Of a stretch of 64,000 bases of DNA, positions 39,106-55,918 are shown in pieces (position 1 is the stretch's first letter; each line of letters starts with the position of its first letter). Source of the DNA: Patellaria atrata CBS 101060. Taxonomy: Eukaryota. The position numbers were made by a program, and so were the translations under genes. The notes under the pieces were generated by a model, which saw only the letters and a list, made by a program, of their open reading frames with translations, was not told the origin of the DNA and made no database searches. Location of the stretch: contig MU006107.1 of the NCBI GenBank assembly GCA_010093705.1, forward strand, positions 356,031 to 420,030, in the 5' to 3' direction.

Positions 39106-40556
39106 ATGGTTAGTACCTATAACGCAAATAGTCATAGAGAATACATCTCACTAACCATTAGCACAGAAGATCAAAGCGTTCGTATAGGTCGAAACCCTCA
39201 CAGTGCATATTTCCTAACGTCATATACAGGCTCGAACGCTCGACTTCTTCAGTACAAGCTCCTGGCAGCGATGTCACTCGCCAGCAACGGAACCTCGATC
39301 CTGCCTTGCATCCATTCGAGAGGGCAAGAGAGTATACACGGGCTCTCAATGCCACAAAAATAGAGCGAATGTTTGCTGCGCCGTTCCTGGCGCAGCTCGG
39401 CAAAGGCCATGTAGATGGCGTCTACACCTTAGCTAAAGACCCTAACTCCTTGGAAAGATTCGCAAGCGGAAGTGGTGACGGCGTTATCAAGGTCTGGGAC
39501 TTGACGAGCAGAGACGAAGTATGGCAGGCACAGGCGCATGAGAACATAGTAAAGGGCATGTGTTGGACGAGGGATAGTAAGCTTCTCTCATGCGGGACGG
39601 ATCGTACAGTAAAACTCTTCGATCCATACAACACCTCAGCCGGAACTGCTCCTGTAGCAACATACTTAGGACAAGGCGCTTTTACAAGCGTCTCACACCA
39701 CCGTTCAGATCCCGCCTTCGCTGCTTCCTCAAGCGCGATCTCCATCTACGACCTCTCCCGTCCCTCCTCCACACCCGTCCAAGCACTCTCTTGGCCCACC
39801 TCCGTCGACACCATCACCACCGTCTCCTTCAATCAGACGGAAACCTCCATCTTGGCCTCCACCGCCACCGACCGCTCTCTCGTCCTCTACGACCTGCGCA
39901 CCTCATCCCCCCTGCACAAGGTCGTCCTCACCCTCGCCTCGAACGCCATCTCTTGGAACCCAATGGAAGCTTTCAACTTCGCCGTCGCGAACGAGGACCA
40001 CAACATCTACATATTCGACATGCGCAAGATGGACCACGCGCTCAATGTGCTCAAAGACCACGTCGCCGCTGTCATGGACGTCGAATTCTCGCCTACCGGC
40101 CAAGAGCTTGTTAGTGCATCGTATGACCGGTCCATCAGGCTCTGGGACCGTGACAGAGGACACTCGAGGGATATATATCATACCAAGCGCATGCAGCGCG
40201 TCTTCTCCTGTAAATTCACACCGGACGCGGCATACGTCCTCTCCGGCTCCGATGATGGGAACATCCGTCTCTGGCGTGCACATGCGTCCGCTCGCGCGGG
40301 CATCAAGAGCGCCAAACAGCGCCAGCAGCTAGAGTACGACGATGCGCTCAAAAAACGGTACGCCCATATGCCGGAGATCAAGCGTATTGCCCGCCATCGT
40401 CATGTGCCGAAGACGGTTAAGAGGGCGGCTGAGATCAAGAAAGAGGAGATCGCGGCGATCAAGAGGAGAGAGGAGAATGAGAGGAGGCATAGCAAAAAGG
40501 GGGAGAAGAGGAGACGAGCGGAGAGGGAGAGTATGGTGTTGGCGACGGAACGGTAG
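39106..40556 (+). CDS. SOF1: U3 snoRNP WD40 protein Sof1/DCAF13; exons 39106-39108, 39167-39177, 39230-40556 (446 aa)
   Basis: M|KIKA|LERS...RNLDPALHPFERAREYTRALNATK, WNPMEAFNF, SRDIYHTKRMQRVF, HMPEIKRIARHRHVPK. Confidence 0.96.
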
Positions 40557-41387
40557 GCGGTAGGTTCGCGATTTGGAATTGCATAGCGTTGGCGTTGGGT
40601 GTGATATCGGCTTCTTCTATGTATTACTGGGGCCATCATAATTCTATATACTTACCTGCTCGTCGATATATACTTCCGTACAATCTCCGCTATAAAATAC
40701 ACGTGCCCTCATCGTTCACTTTACCATTCCTCGCCTCTGTACAGTACATCTGGCAAACAATCATTGCCTTGCTATTACTTTCGCGATAGCTGGAAACTCT
40801 AATTTTCCGTCTGCTCGAGTCCTAGGTGCACCCGAGCCTCTTCCGTAACACTTTCGTTTTCCCAATATAGTAAGTAAGTCTGAGATGGTATGAGGGGAGA
40901 GCGTGCGATAGGGGAGAAATGCATTGATAGGTGAATAAATCCGTCTGCGAGAATATGCATTTTGACTTGTGCTGTACGAACCCGTACAATCTCATGCGGA
41001 GATTCAAATAAGAAAGTACCAACCTAGGTAGGGAGTTGCAGGTACAGAACCATCTGGTACATCGAGAGTGGCAAGAGTCACAAAGGAAGGAGTTGGGGAA
41101 ACTTGAGGTACCTTATGTATACTCCAGCTACCAGGCAAAGCAAGCACAGAGAATAGGAGAAAATTTTGGTGTAGCCTTTAAGATAACCTAAGTAAAGATT
41201 AATTTTCCCTGATCTATCTACCTTATGCGCGCAACAAAATGCAGCACTTCCATCTCCATGGTTTTAAAGGATAGTGAAAGCATCCAACACTACCTTACTT
41301 ATCAACCCAAGTTACCAGACACGCTTCAGATACCATAACCCACATCAATTCATCGCATACCATTAAGTCCATGCATTTACCGTATCA

Positions 41388-43164
<1,777 letters not shown>

Positions 43165-45044
43165 CTTCCCTGCGCGCAGAATTTCCTGAAAACTGGGTAC
43201 ACGCTTCAAAGTCTGACGAGCCAAGTTCAACATGGAACGAGAGGCGCTGTGGCTTCACGATTGATGGTGCTTGGGAGGTAGGAATTGGGAATGGAAGAGA
43301 AGAGGGAGTTCCTCAGATTGGTATGGCGGTCAGGGAGGATAGTTTAGACAAATGTGTGGAACCGTTTCGTGGCGGGAATCTGCCTGCAGGCAAGTTGCAA
43401 CATAATAACACCAAACTGGAACAGGGGTACTTCGTACAATTTCTGTTATTTACCTTTCATCCCAAGTTTCTACAGGAACTGATGTTTACTACTGGGATTT
43501 TGCTGCGGCGTACAGTTCTGGATGATAAGTGAAATTGTGATTTGATACAGAGCGTTACGGATAAGGTAGTCCCCTGGAGGAGGAGAAGTTCGGAGGACTC
43601 CTTGCTTGCACAAAAGAGCTCCCCTCTCCCTCTAGATGTGCCCCTTTTTTCATATTTTCCCCTCCTTCTAGCGGTTCAAGCGCGCACAGATTCACAGAAG
43701 CATGAGACATGAAAGCTCAGATCAACAGCTGGGGGCTTGTCCTTTATCTCAGCAGTGGCGTGCGCCTTTTAATCAATCTGTTTGGTCGAAAAAGAGTTTG
43801 AGATGTTATCCGCTATCTTATCGCCTACTTCTCCCTTGTCGTCAAATTTGGAGATCCCAGATACGCAATCACCGAATGTTCATCTGCAGAAGAAATTGTC
43901 GTCTCTCTATTTGCTGGAAAATAAGCATATATTCAACTATCTTTCTGATTTGTGTGATTTTGTATGTACCGCACTTTTATAGAATATCCCCTCATTATAA
44001 GGTACAAACCAGGACCAGCCTCGGTGTGTTGAATCATCTTTTTCTGATATCTTTTTCGAGAACTTCGAGACGGGACGGGAAGGACAAACATGGAGACGCG
44101 GATTCCTCGTAATATATGCTCTAACAATACCGTAGACTCCAACTGTTCTGAACCACTTATTCTGGTTACTACGCGTAGTGTACCTTTTTCTATAGGTGTT
44201 TGCTAGGCGTTTCGTCTCCTGCAGATATGGATATATTTTCGGTGATATATTAGCCCTAAGCTGAACCTCTGCAGCACAGTGGTTTGACGTGAGTACAGTA
44301 TGTCCACTCTTCCGCCGCACGCCTCATAGCTACCGTACGTAAAGACATCAAGAGGTTTGAAAAAAGGGAGAGGCATTTCCCTTGCCAGTTGTTCTTCTAT
44401 CAGGAGGGATATTTTTCCACGATGGAACTACTACTGTACTGTATGATGCGGCGATCTTAGATTCTTGCACGGTCTCGATAAGCTTCGGGTATAAGCACTC
44501 TTTAGCCTCATTCCTCAACAGATGCATTTTCATTCTTTTCAGGACAAAGGGGGATGGAGAGAAATGGTAATTCAGAGTTGTAAGGGCCTCAATTATTAGG
44601 ATTCAACAGACAATGTTCGTAGTTCATACGATCAATTACTCCATTTAGACTATATGCTATCTACTATCTACCCCCTAAAAGAAAACTGGCTTGACGCTTG
44701 CGAAATCTGGATTGATATGGCAGCCTTCGCAGCCAGCCACTGAGGTGAGTTCACGAATTTGCTGAGCCCGGGCCCCTAACTTCAGAGTTACCCCTTCCAC
44801 ACACCACTTTATCAGTCCCGTCCCACCCCTTTCCTCTTACATTTTCCTTTTTTTTTTCTTTCTTCACACTTTCTACCTTTCTTACAGCACGTACTCTCCC
44901 TCTAGCTAATAGAGTACGCTGTTCGACGCATTTGTTGCGTAGTCACTCGTTCAAAGACCGCATCCAAGGACAGCCACAACCCATTACCTGCCCACTTTAA
45001 AAGTTCCCACCTCACGAAGAGGCCAAGATCAAAAAACTCCCACA

Positions 45045-46497
45045 ATGTCATCAGAAAACGAGAAAGCGCGTATATCCGGCGAGTCTCAACGAGACACTGC
45101 TGCTCCAGTGCTCCCTGTTCATAACCCTACGGCAGAGAAGCCTGATCCTCCAGTTGTCGCCTTCCACCCGGCAGTATACATTACGTGAGTATCCAGCTAT
45201 CTAAGAAACAGCTTTATTTTAGTGAAGAACAATCCAATTGACGGAGAATCATAGGACATGGATCACCCTCAGTTCAAGCGTCATCATCTTTAACAAGTGG
45301 ATTTTGGACACTGCAGGCTTCAGTAAGTTTTACGAAGAAAAAAAGTCCTCTGGTAGCTCTCACTAACAAGCACTAGGATTTCGTACGTATCCTCTTCTCA
45401 CCACCTCGTAGATAACCCCTTCTGACCCTCAACAGCAATTTTTCTCACAACATGGCATCTTGCATTCGCAACCTTGATGACACAAATGCTTGCGCGTACA
45501 ACCTCAGTCCTGGACTCAAGGAAAAAGGTCCCTATGACAGGTCGCATCTACCTCAGAGCTATTGTCCCCATCGGTCTATTCTTTAGTTTGAGTTTGATCT
45601 GCGGTAACCTGACATACTTATACTTGAGCGTTGCCTTCATCCAGATGTTGAAAGCAACCACTCCTGTCGCTGTCCTCTTGGCCACGTGGGGCTTGGGTGT
45701 CGCGCCTCCCAACTACAAGACTCTCGGAAATGTCTCCATTATCGTTTTTGGTGTGGTTATCGCATCTTTCGGAGAGATCAAGTTCGTTTTCATCGGCTTC
45801 ATGTTCCAGCTCGGTGGTATCATCTTCGAGGCTATCCGTCTCGTCATGGTACAGCGTCTCCTCAGTTCCTCTGACTTCAAGATGGATCCCCTCGTATCCC
45901 TCTACTACTTCGCCCCAGCTTGCGCCATCATGAACGGTGTCGTCTGCCTGTTTGTTGAAATTCCCAACATGAATGTGCAACAACTCTACGATCTTGGTGC
46001 CTTCACCCTCTTGGCTAATGCGCTTGTTGCATTCTTGCTCAATGTCTCTGTTGTTTTCCTCGTAAGTTCAACATTGAAAGATCTCAAATTTGAACTACCA
46101 CTAATCCTTCGAAAAGATTGGCAGAACTTCATCCCTGGTCCTCTGTCTCTCTGGTGTGCTCAAGGATATCCTCCTTGTCTTCGCTTCTATGCTCATCTTC
46201 CGGGATCCGGTCTCCCTACTCCAAGCTTTCGGCTACAGCATTGCTCTCGGTGGTCTGATCTACTATAAGATCGGCGCTGATCAGCTCAAGTCGTACACCG
46301 CTGATGCTGGCCGTGCCTGGGCTGGTTATGGCGAGCGTCATCCGGCTCAGCGCAAGCTCCTCATCTTTGGCGGTGTTTTGATTTCCATGTTCATGCTTCT
46401 TGGAGGTCTTGCGCCCTCGTACGCACCAGAGTACACTGATGCCGCGAGAGAGAAGCTCAATGATCTCATTAGCAGCCAGGGACAGCGTGGTGGTTAA
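45045..46497 (+). CDS. ugtA: Nucleotide-sugar (UDP-galactofuranose) transporter, TPT/DMT family; exons 45045-45184, 45255-45322, 45377-45382, 45436-46061, 46117-46497 (406 aa)
   Basis: WITLSSSVIIFNKWIL, FPIFLTTWH, YLYLSVAFIQMLKA, MDPLVSLYYFAP, IGRTSSLVLSLSGVLKDIL; divergent neighbour of UGM, as in the Aspergillus glfA/glfB pair. Confidence 0.9.
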
Positions 46498-47311
46498 GCG
46501 AATGTGCATTACGTTTAATGTTACTGCTACCACCTATTATTTACGCATCTGCGCTATCACGAAGGATTGCTAGACTTGGAAAGAGACACCCCCCCCCCCC
46601 TCCTTTGGGTGGTTTTAGGGGAAACGAAAACGTGCATACATTTCTAGAGATAATCAAGGCGCGTCTTCCGCTTTCCGTCTTTGTTTTAATTAGGGTTGTA
46701 CACGGAGCTGCTTGCAATGGGGTTTTAGGCGGCAATGGGATTTTGCAAACATGATATAGATCATTATTTGACGTGTTTTCGGAGCTCATGCAAGAAAAGT
46801 GGATTTGTAAGCTACGACTTCAAACTTCAGGGATCTAGCGAGGTAATTTCAGTTTACTGTTTATGGTAATTCGGTGTACTCTAGATTTTGAATCGGTATA
46901 GCTAGGATAGAGATATACACTAATTTGCGTCATCTGCGTTGTTCTTCGGTCATCACGCATTCTCAATACGTCTCAGACTCGTAATTACGTGAGAGAGGAT
47001 TACTCAATTTGGTATTACAAGTAGAGACTCATCGACACATTAACGAATGATGGGGTTATCAAAAGCTCCTCCAGCCCTCCACTTACCCGAACTACATAAA
47101 ATTCAAATTATCAGACTCCCTTTCCACATGTCGTCCCAAACTCGAATCCTAAAAGCCAAAAGTAGAGTACAGCGTAGTCAACAAAGGGGTATCAAAAAAG
47201 GGGGCCATTTTAGGAACCCTATCATTAACGTCTGCCTCGTCTCATCACAGACCATCGTCCAGATTGTTACCAGTCTCAATTTGGTCCTCGTTTTATCTCG
47301 CCAGGGTGAGA

Positions 47312-48477
47312 TCACATATCCTCAACGACTCGAGCGTTGATGGCACTTTGGAACCCCGCGTTCCCATGCCCGTACTCCTGTTCCGCGGAGTTCTCGCCAA
47401 TGCCACCTCCATGTCTGCTGGATCCCTCGCCGGGGTCATCTCCCTGGCTCAACATGCTCTGTACCGTCTGATTCTGAGCGGGCAGGAAGATGACCTTTGA
47501 GTTGGCCGTCTTGGCCATCGCCTGCATGGCTTCCAGGTAGCGGATCTGCATGGCGGGCGCGGAGCTCAAGATATCAGCGGCCTGGCGCATGAGCTTCGCG
47601 CTCTCAACCTCAGCTCTGGCAGCGATGACCTTAGCCTCTCCGGTCCGCTTGGATTGCGCGGCCATGGACAAGGAATCCTGCAGCTCTTGGCTGAAGATTA
47701 TGTCTTTGATGAGCATGGACTCGACGTCGCAGCCCCAGCCCGACGCAATCTCCTCGATGATTTCGCGGATCGATTGGGCGATCTCTTCGCGCCGCTCGAT
47801 CACGTCTTGGAGCACGCGGGCGCCGATGACGTGGCGGAGGGTCGTTTGGGTGCGCTCGATGAGCGCTTGGCGGATGTTGGAGATGCCGAAAGCGGCTTTG
47901 TGTGGGGATGTGATGCGATAATAGATGACGGATGTGAGGCTGAGGGAGACGTTGTCTTTGGTCATGCAGATTTGTTTGGGGACCTCTGTTCAATATCATC
48001 AGCATCGTTGCCGTATATCGCCAAAACTAGGGAGAGCAGATGTATGAGGGTATACGCACCAACAATCTGAATCTTAACATCAACCTGGATCAACTGTTCA
48101 GACAGTGGGTTTATCTTAACCAAACCAGGATCGACGGCGCGGGCAAAACGACCAAACTTGGTAACAAGGCCCACGTTGCCCTGTCCGACGGGTTTGTAGG
48201 GGTTTGGACAGATGATGCAGCACGGGACGGCTCCCATCGTACCGATGATGCTACCCAGAGTGTTGATCATGCCACCGTACCAACTGTGCGCCGAGTCATC
48301 TTCAGAGTCTGCGTGGAGGATCTTTGCGTAGCTAGGTTGAAGGTCCTCCCGGCGAGGAGGTTGAACCTTGACCATAGGTTCATCTGGTGCTCCAGCACGA
48401 GGTCTTGTGGAGGTTGAGGTCATGCTGTCCTCGATGCCATTAACGTGGCTCTTGCCGGTATCGATAGGAGCACTCAT
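47312..48477 (-). CDS. Stomatin-like SPFH/band-7 protein; exons 48477-48060 and 47985-47312 (363 aa)
   Basis: GAVPCCIICPNPY, GLVTKFGRF, VPKQICMTKDNV, QTTLRHVIG, AMQIRYLEAMQAMAK. Confidence 0.93.
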
Positions 48478-51196
48478 TTCGGCGGGTGTGGATGATGAGA
48501 GGATGCTTCGGTGTCGACGACAGATGGGGAGAAAGTGCTGAGAAGCAAAGAGCTTTGCTAAGGTAAACAACCTAATGTATGATGCACCTTGTGAACTTCT
48601 TAAATGGAATGCGGAGTAAAAGCCGCTAGCCCTCCACTCATAAAGCTTGTCTATCTAGTCGGGGCTGTGCGCTAGAACTAAGCCCTTCTCGGAGTTGAGC
48701 GTTTTCTCCCCTACCTTACATAAGGTATTCCCTAACAGATTTAAGACTTCTTCCCATCTTCGTGATTAAGGAAAATTACCGCACTAGGTTAATTTCAGAT
48801 TGGTTCCAAAGTCTATGATGCAAACGTTTTTACACTATCGCGGGCTGTTATATACGATAAAACGCATCTCAGGTCGACGTTTGAATTCGCGTATGCGGCA
48901 AGGCGGCAAGGTGGCAAAAGACAATTGTACATCGTACATCACTATGATCATGACAGACGGAATCAGCCTCGGCGAGCCAATGAGAATTACAATGTGTGAT
49001 CTTAGGTTATGTGTGTTATCACTAGGCAATGATCTTGGATTACACTCATTACAGTAAAGTATCATCATCGCCCAAGGGCTTTCTTCCTTCCCCAAGCCTC
49101 CTGTGCCCTCCGAGGCAGAATTGGGGCGAATGTCAGTTCACCTTTCGGTTTCCCATACACATGCCATACTACTCCTTATCAGGCAATCCAGATCGAGACA
49201 AAAGAGTGCTCCAAGGTAAGGTCTATCGCAACACCTGTCGCATACCTGTATATTATGACGCCAAGCTACTGGTAAAGTTCTTCAAACTCATGGACTACGG
49301 TACGTCCTGGCCTAATAAAGTACAGTATTCTAGCTTCCGTTATTTCCTCAGTCATGTCGTTCATTTTCGTACTGTTCTACTATATATAAGAAAATTTAGT
49401 TTCCCATGCTCGAACTTCTAGTAGTTGACGATGCCCGCTTGGTAACGAGTTCTAACAGTAAGTCTATCATCGACTATTTTCTCCATGGAAACAATTGGTA
49501 TAGCGAATCCTTCAATCCATTGTCCACGAACATGAGGGATTTCGACTCCTGAGCGAACGTCCAATTCTGCTCGCGTAGCCAAGTATAAATCCGATAAAAC
49601 GCGAGAACCAAGGAAGTCCCATCCCCGTGAAAGACCGATGGTCTGTAGTCGTTAACCACTACATACTACGATACTGCACTACACGTACAGTCAATACATG
49701 GAAATCTAGAACTTATGGGGCACCTACCATGCAATTATTCCACTGTACACTGCTCATCCAGTGCATAATGGGATTGCCTTTAATGGAATGGCAATTCGAG
49801 CTTTAATGAGTTGTCCGGTGAAGAGTCAGCCAGATATTCCCTCAGCCATGCTCAAAATCTTCTGCAAGCTGAACCCTGGTAGTACATAGCCCCAACATGT
49901 GTTCGACTACTGAATTTACAGTTTAATGGTCATTCAGTTGATAGCCAATCTTACTACCTTGTAAATTTCTTTCCAATCGTTTGATTATAATATCCATCCT
50001 GCAGTGTGAGAGGACCGCAACGTGATGAACCATGAACGGGGTTTAAGACTACCAGTGAGAGATATCATGATATTACTCGCAGGATAGACTGCGTCGGGCA
50101 AACCTAGAGCTCTAGGATTCGGCATTCTGATTTGCTTACGCTGTTCATGGCGCTCATGGCAACTTCAATTCCCCTTTCCCTTACGAGATGTAAGGGTGCC
50201 GTGTCAAAACCTTTGGATCGAGCATGAACTTACGATGCTCACTGCTATTTATTCATCTGTTTCAATCTTGAAGACACTTGAACATTGGGTGACGAAGATG
50301 AATATTAGGCAACGAGAACGAAAAGAACCGCAGTGGTCCAAGCGATTTTAACGCCGTTTAGAAGGAATTCATCACAACTAAGAAAGACTCTTATCCAACC
50401 TTCGTCGAACGAGAACGATACACTTGGGTTCCCCTTGAGAATCATGACAAGTGATCATTGTCGGTTTAGAAGAAGGGCGGGTTCTATGTCGTTTCTAACG
50501 AAGGTGACACAGTCCCTTGTCATGGCAGTAAAAGAGTTAACCTATCGCTCAGAACTCTGTACTCTACCATCTTAGCTTATCTTCTCAACTAAGGAGGCAG
50601 TGAAATATACTCGACGGGACAGGAATTACAAAAGATGGAAATTGGATAGCGAGAAAGTCATGGGCGAGACAATAAGACTAGTCAGGACGTCCTTATCCAC
50701 CTTGTCATGATGCCATCTTTCGAGCACTATTTGCAACACGCTTTTTTGACCTTCCATGGCCCGGTCTTGATATATCGAATCCATCCTGTGGGTATTTTAC
50801 GTAGAAGTGACCCATATCACAGACCCAGCTATGTTCTAGAGTAACTTTCTGAATATATATACCCGTTGCGTAAGTTAACAAAATAAGCATTACCCGACAC
50901 AGAGCTCTGGTATCGTTTCGGACGGGAAAAACCATGTTCTTAGTTAGATCACGACAATCCGTCGTTCAACAAGGGGGGTGTGACCTCAATAATAACACCA
51001 TCCCACCAACAGACCGATTGGGTATACCCTACAACACGATAGTTCTATATTCGTACTGTGCCGGCTTGAAATCTCATTCCGATCGTATCTTCAAGGGGTA
51101 GAGCGTAGATGTGACATCGAGAGGTGCACGTGAACATCCTATCATGCCATTAAGCCGCGGTTGAGGATCAAAACTCAAAAGAAGTCTTCGATATAC

Positions 51197-51210
51197 CGGC
51201 ATCACTTCGG
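51197..51210. promoter_or_regulatory. AmyR-type CGG-N8-CGG site ~460 bp upstream of glucoamylase
   Basis: CGG catcactt CGG; nearby CreA-type SYGGRG matches at 51322-51327 (rc CTGGGG), 51453-51458 (rc GCGGGG) and 51466-51471 (GTGGAG). Confidence 0.55.
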
Positions 51211-51668
51211 TTGCAGTCAAGAGCTAGCTCATTGGAGTTAGTCCCTAGGGAGGACTAGCTAGATGCAGAAAGCAAGCCGCGGACAACCTGACAAGCGAAG
51301 ATTTGATTTAATATATCGTTACCCCAGACCAGGAATCTTCAGTTACTACTCTATACTTCCGACCTCTACATTCACCATGTTCACCATGTTCGCCATGTCT
51401 TGAGTCCGTGCCTAACACGTATTCGCCATCAACACCGTCATGCGCCTAGTATCCCCGCGCCGCTTGTGGAGAAGGTGGTACCTATAGATGGGATATTTAT
51501 GCCACAGACGACATGGGAGAAAGCACCTTCTATAGATGGAGATGAAGAGGTACAAACTCACCTGATCACGCTGATGAGCTTAAAGAGACTTCTTCCTCCT
51601 ATAGTCCTATGAGTTAGGTCCAGTAGCTCTCATAAACCTTCCATACAGTCCTTACCCCTGAGTTCACA

Positions 51669-53500
<1,832 letters not shown>

Positions 53501-54065
53501 GTCGCCTAGCTTATACAACGTGTGCACGTTCATAAACGAAATCAGGTCTTTCTAGCTTTTAGGATTTTGAAGGAACTCTTCAAGATCCCTAAAACTGAGT
53601 TTGACCTCTCCGTTATATCTTTACTCAATATGTAAGTAGCGCATTATGTAGGGACGTATTGTATTCAGGAATATGATATCGTAAGCCTAAACTTATTGAA
53701 ACGATGAAATGAATACGGCTACCTTCCATAACTATATTTTTAATCAAGGAGTGTATGGCGGTATGAGCATAGTATAGGACTAGCACAATACGAGAGAAAA
53801 CTCTCGATCGAATCTACAAGGACAGATATGCATAACATATTCCCCTTCATCCTTATATCGCTCTCCAAAAAAGCATTTAGCTGGTTCCATTGCGCAGGGG
53901 TAGGAAATTATTTCAGGCTTGCAAACAGAATACCCCTCTTTCATCAGGTTGTTTCTCTCTAATCTATCTTCTATGTTGGATTACCTACATCGTAACCTAT
54001 GCTTTGAACGACGCTTCCGATTTATTGATCCCTTTCAACCCATCACTTAATCTAGTTCAAAAGAC

Positions 54066-55918
54066 ATGACACACTTCGATCATAACCCTTTAAAAGCGGC
54101 GCGACACACAAGATTGATCGAACTTCAGCCTCGCAGCGCGGGCGATGGTCTTCGATGTCTTCTCAAAACTATATCTATCGACGAAGCCCCAAAGTATGAG
54201 GCATTATCATATGTCTGGGGCCTCACAACTGAAGGACATTCTATATGTGTCACGCAAGCTTCCTCTGACCGCTCTGGAACGCTACCCATCACCGATAACC
54301 TATACAAAGCCCTCCAGTGGCTTCGTCAGGAGCATGAACCCCGATTGTTATGGATAGATGCTATTGTCATCAATCAAAACGATCTTGAAGAGCGTATGCA
54401 GCAGGTTTCAATAATGAGAGATATCTATTTTCGCGCATCTCATGTAGTAATTTGGCTAGGGGAAGCCAGTGAGGACCTTGGACTTATCGATAAGTTCGGG
54501 AAAGAGTCTGATGAGGAGTCTGGTTTCAATGTTGGGGATTACACGGTTATGTATGATCCTGCTTTCCATCGTACCCTGGAGTGCTTTTTCAACTTCCCCT
54601 GGTTCAACCGGACGTGGACTCTACAGGAGTTTTCCCTTGCAAGAAATGCGACTTTCATTTACCCTCCTTATGATATGGCGATGTCTACTTTTACAGAGCT
54701 TGGCTCAAGACAATACCCCCTGCGTAGTGAGGTAGGGCGACTGCGAACGGAAGTTGAGCGACTTAAATATCACACCGCATGGATTAAGAGTGCGTACGAC
54801 GACGATATTTCCCTCGATCTGGGCCATTTGCTTGTAGTAACACGTTCTAAACTGGCCACTGATCCTCGAGATAAGGTCTATGGACTTTTAGGCCTTGTAT
54901 ATGACACATTTAGGGAGATAATCCTACCTAACTATCACTTATCGGTTCCAGAACTTTATACGCACGTTATGAAGACTTTAATACTACATTCCGGCACTTT
55001 AAAAGGATTGGTGAATGTACAACCGACATCGAAGAGCGATTTGCCTTCGTGGGTGCCAGATTGGAGATTCCAGCCTACACGCCGTATGTTCTCATTACCA
55101 GGACCTATTCTTCGCGGTGATCAGTTATTCTGTACAGGCGGTCGAACATTCGATCTCCATACTAACTTCAGTACTCAGTTGTACGTACACGGGCTTCGAT
55201 TCTCAAAGATCAAACACGTAGGTAAGATACAAGGGGATAACTCACCTTACGACCCGGCCCCTTGCTATCGTGACTGGATCACGGCACTGAAAGATGTACT
55301 ACATGAGCCCTATCCTGGAGATTTACCTAATGGCTTTCTTGGGACTATAGCTTCTCAGAGTAATACTCAATGTTATTTGGACGCACTCGTTCGATCGGTA
55401 GCGTTCGCTAGCGAACCACTAAACATTTTCGCAGGTGACGATGAAATTATGCCACCCTGGATCTCTACAATACACAAAGAGCTGGGTATCGGAGAGATCA
55501 AAATCTGGTCTAGCCATTACACAAACACGAACAAATGGTACTGTCCTGGGAGACGGTTCTTCATGACAGAAAGTGGTCACATCGGACTCGCACCAGCAGA
55601 AGCGGCTATCGGAGATATCGCTTGTGTTATTTACGGTTTGGACGTGCCTTTAATATTCCGAGTCGACGCAGAGACGGAAGTGAGCAGGGAATTCCACTAC
55701 GCATCATCTCCTGTTTTAAAAGGGGACTTTAAGAATGAAAAAGACCTCAAGGAGTGGGAGTCCAAATTAGTAGCTTGCAAGTTTGTAGGAGGTGAGTACA
55801 GAGTCGATTATGGACGTTGAGTAATTGTTGATGGATACCAGAAGCTTTCGTGTATGGTATAATGATGGGACAAGCTTTAAAGCAAGGTTTACCGGATACC
55901 TGGTTCTGTATCACCTAG
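54066..55918 (+). CDS. HET-domain (heterokaryon incompatibility, HET-6-like) protein; exons 54066-55791 and 55842-55918 (600 aa)
   Basis: YEALSYVWG, LWIDAIVINQND..ER..QVSIMRDIY, WFNRTWTLQE, TDPRDKVYGLLG, LPSWVPDW, GRRFFMT; splicing restores the C-terminal VGEAFVYGIM. Confidence 0.92.

Noticed and set aside
40648..40658. ATACTTACCTG, identical to the U1 snRNA 5' end
   Set aside because: No downstream U1 stem-loop I/II motifs; lies in the SOF1 3' region.
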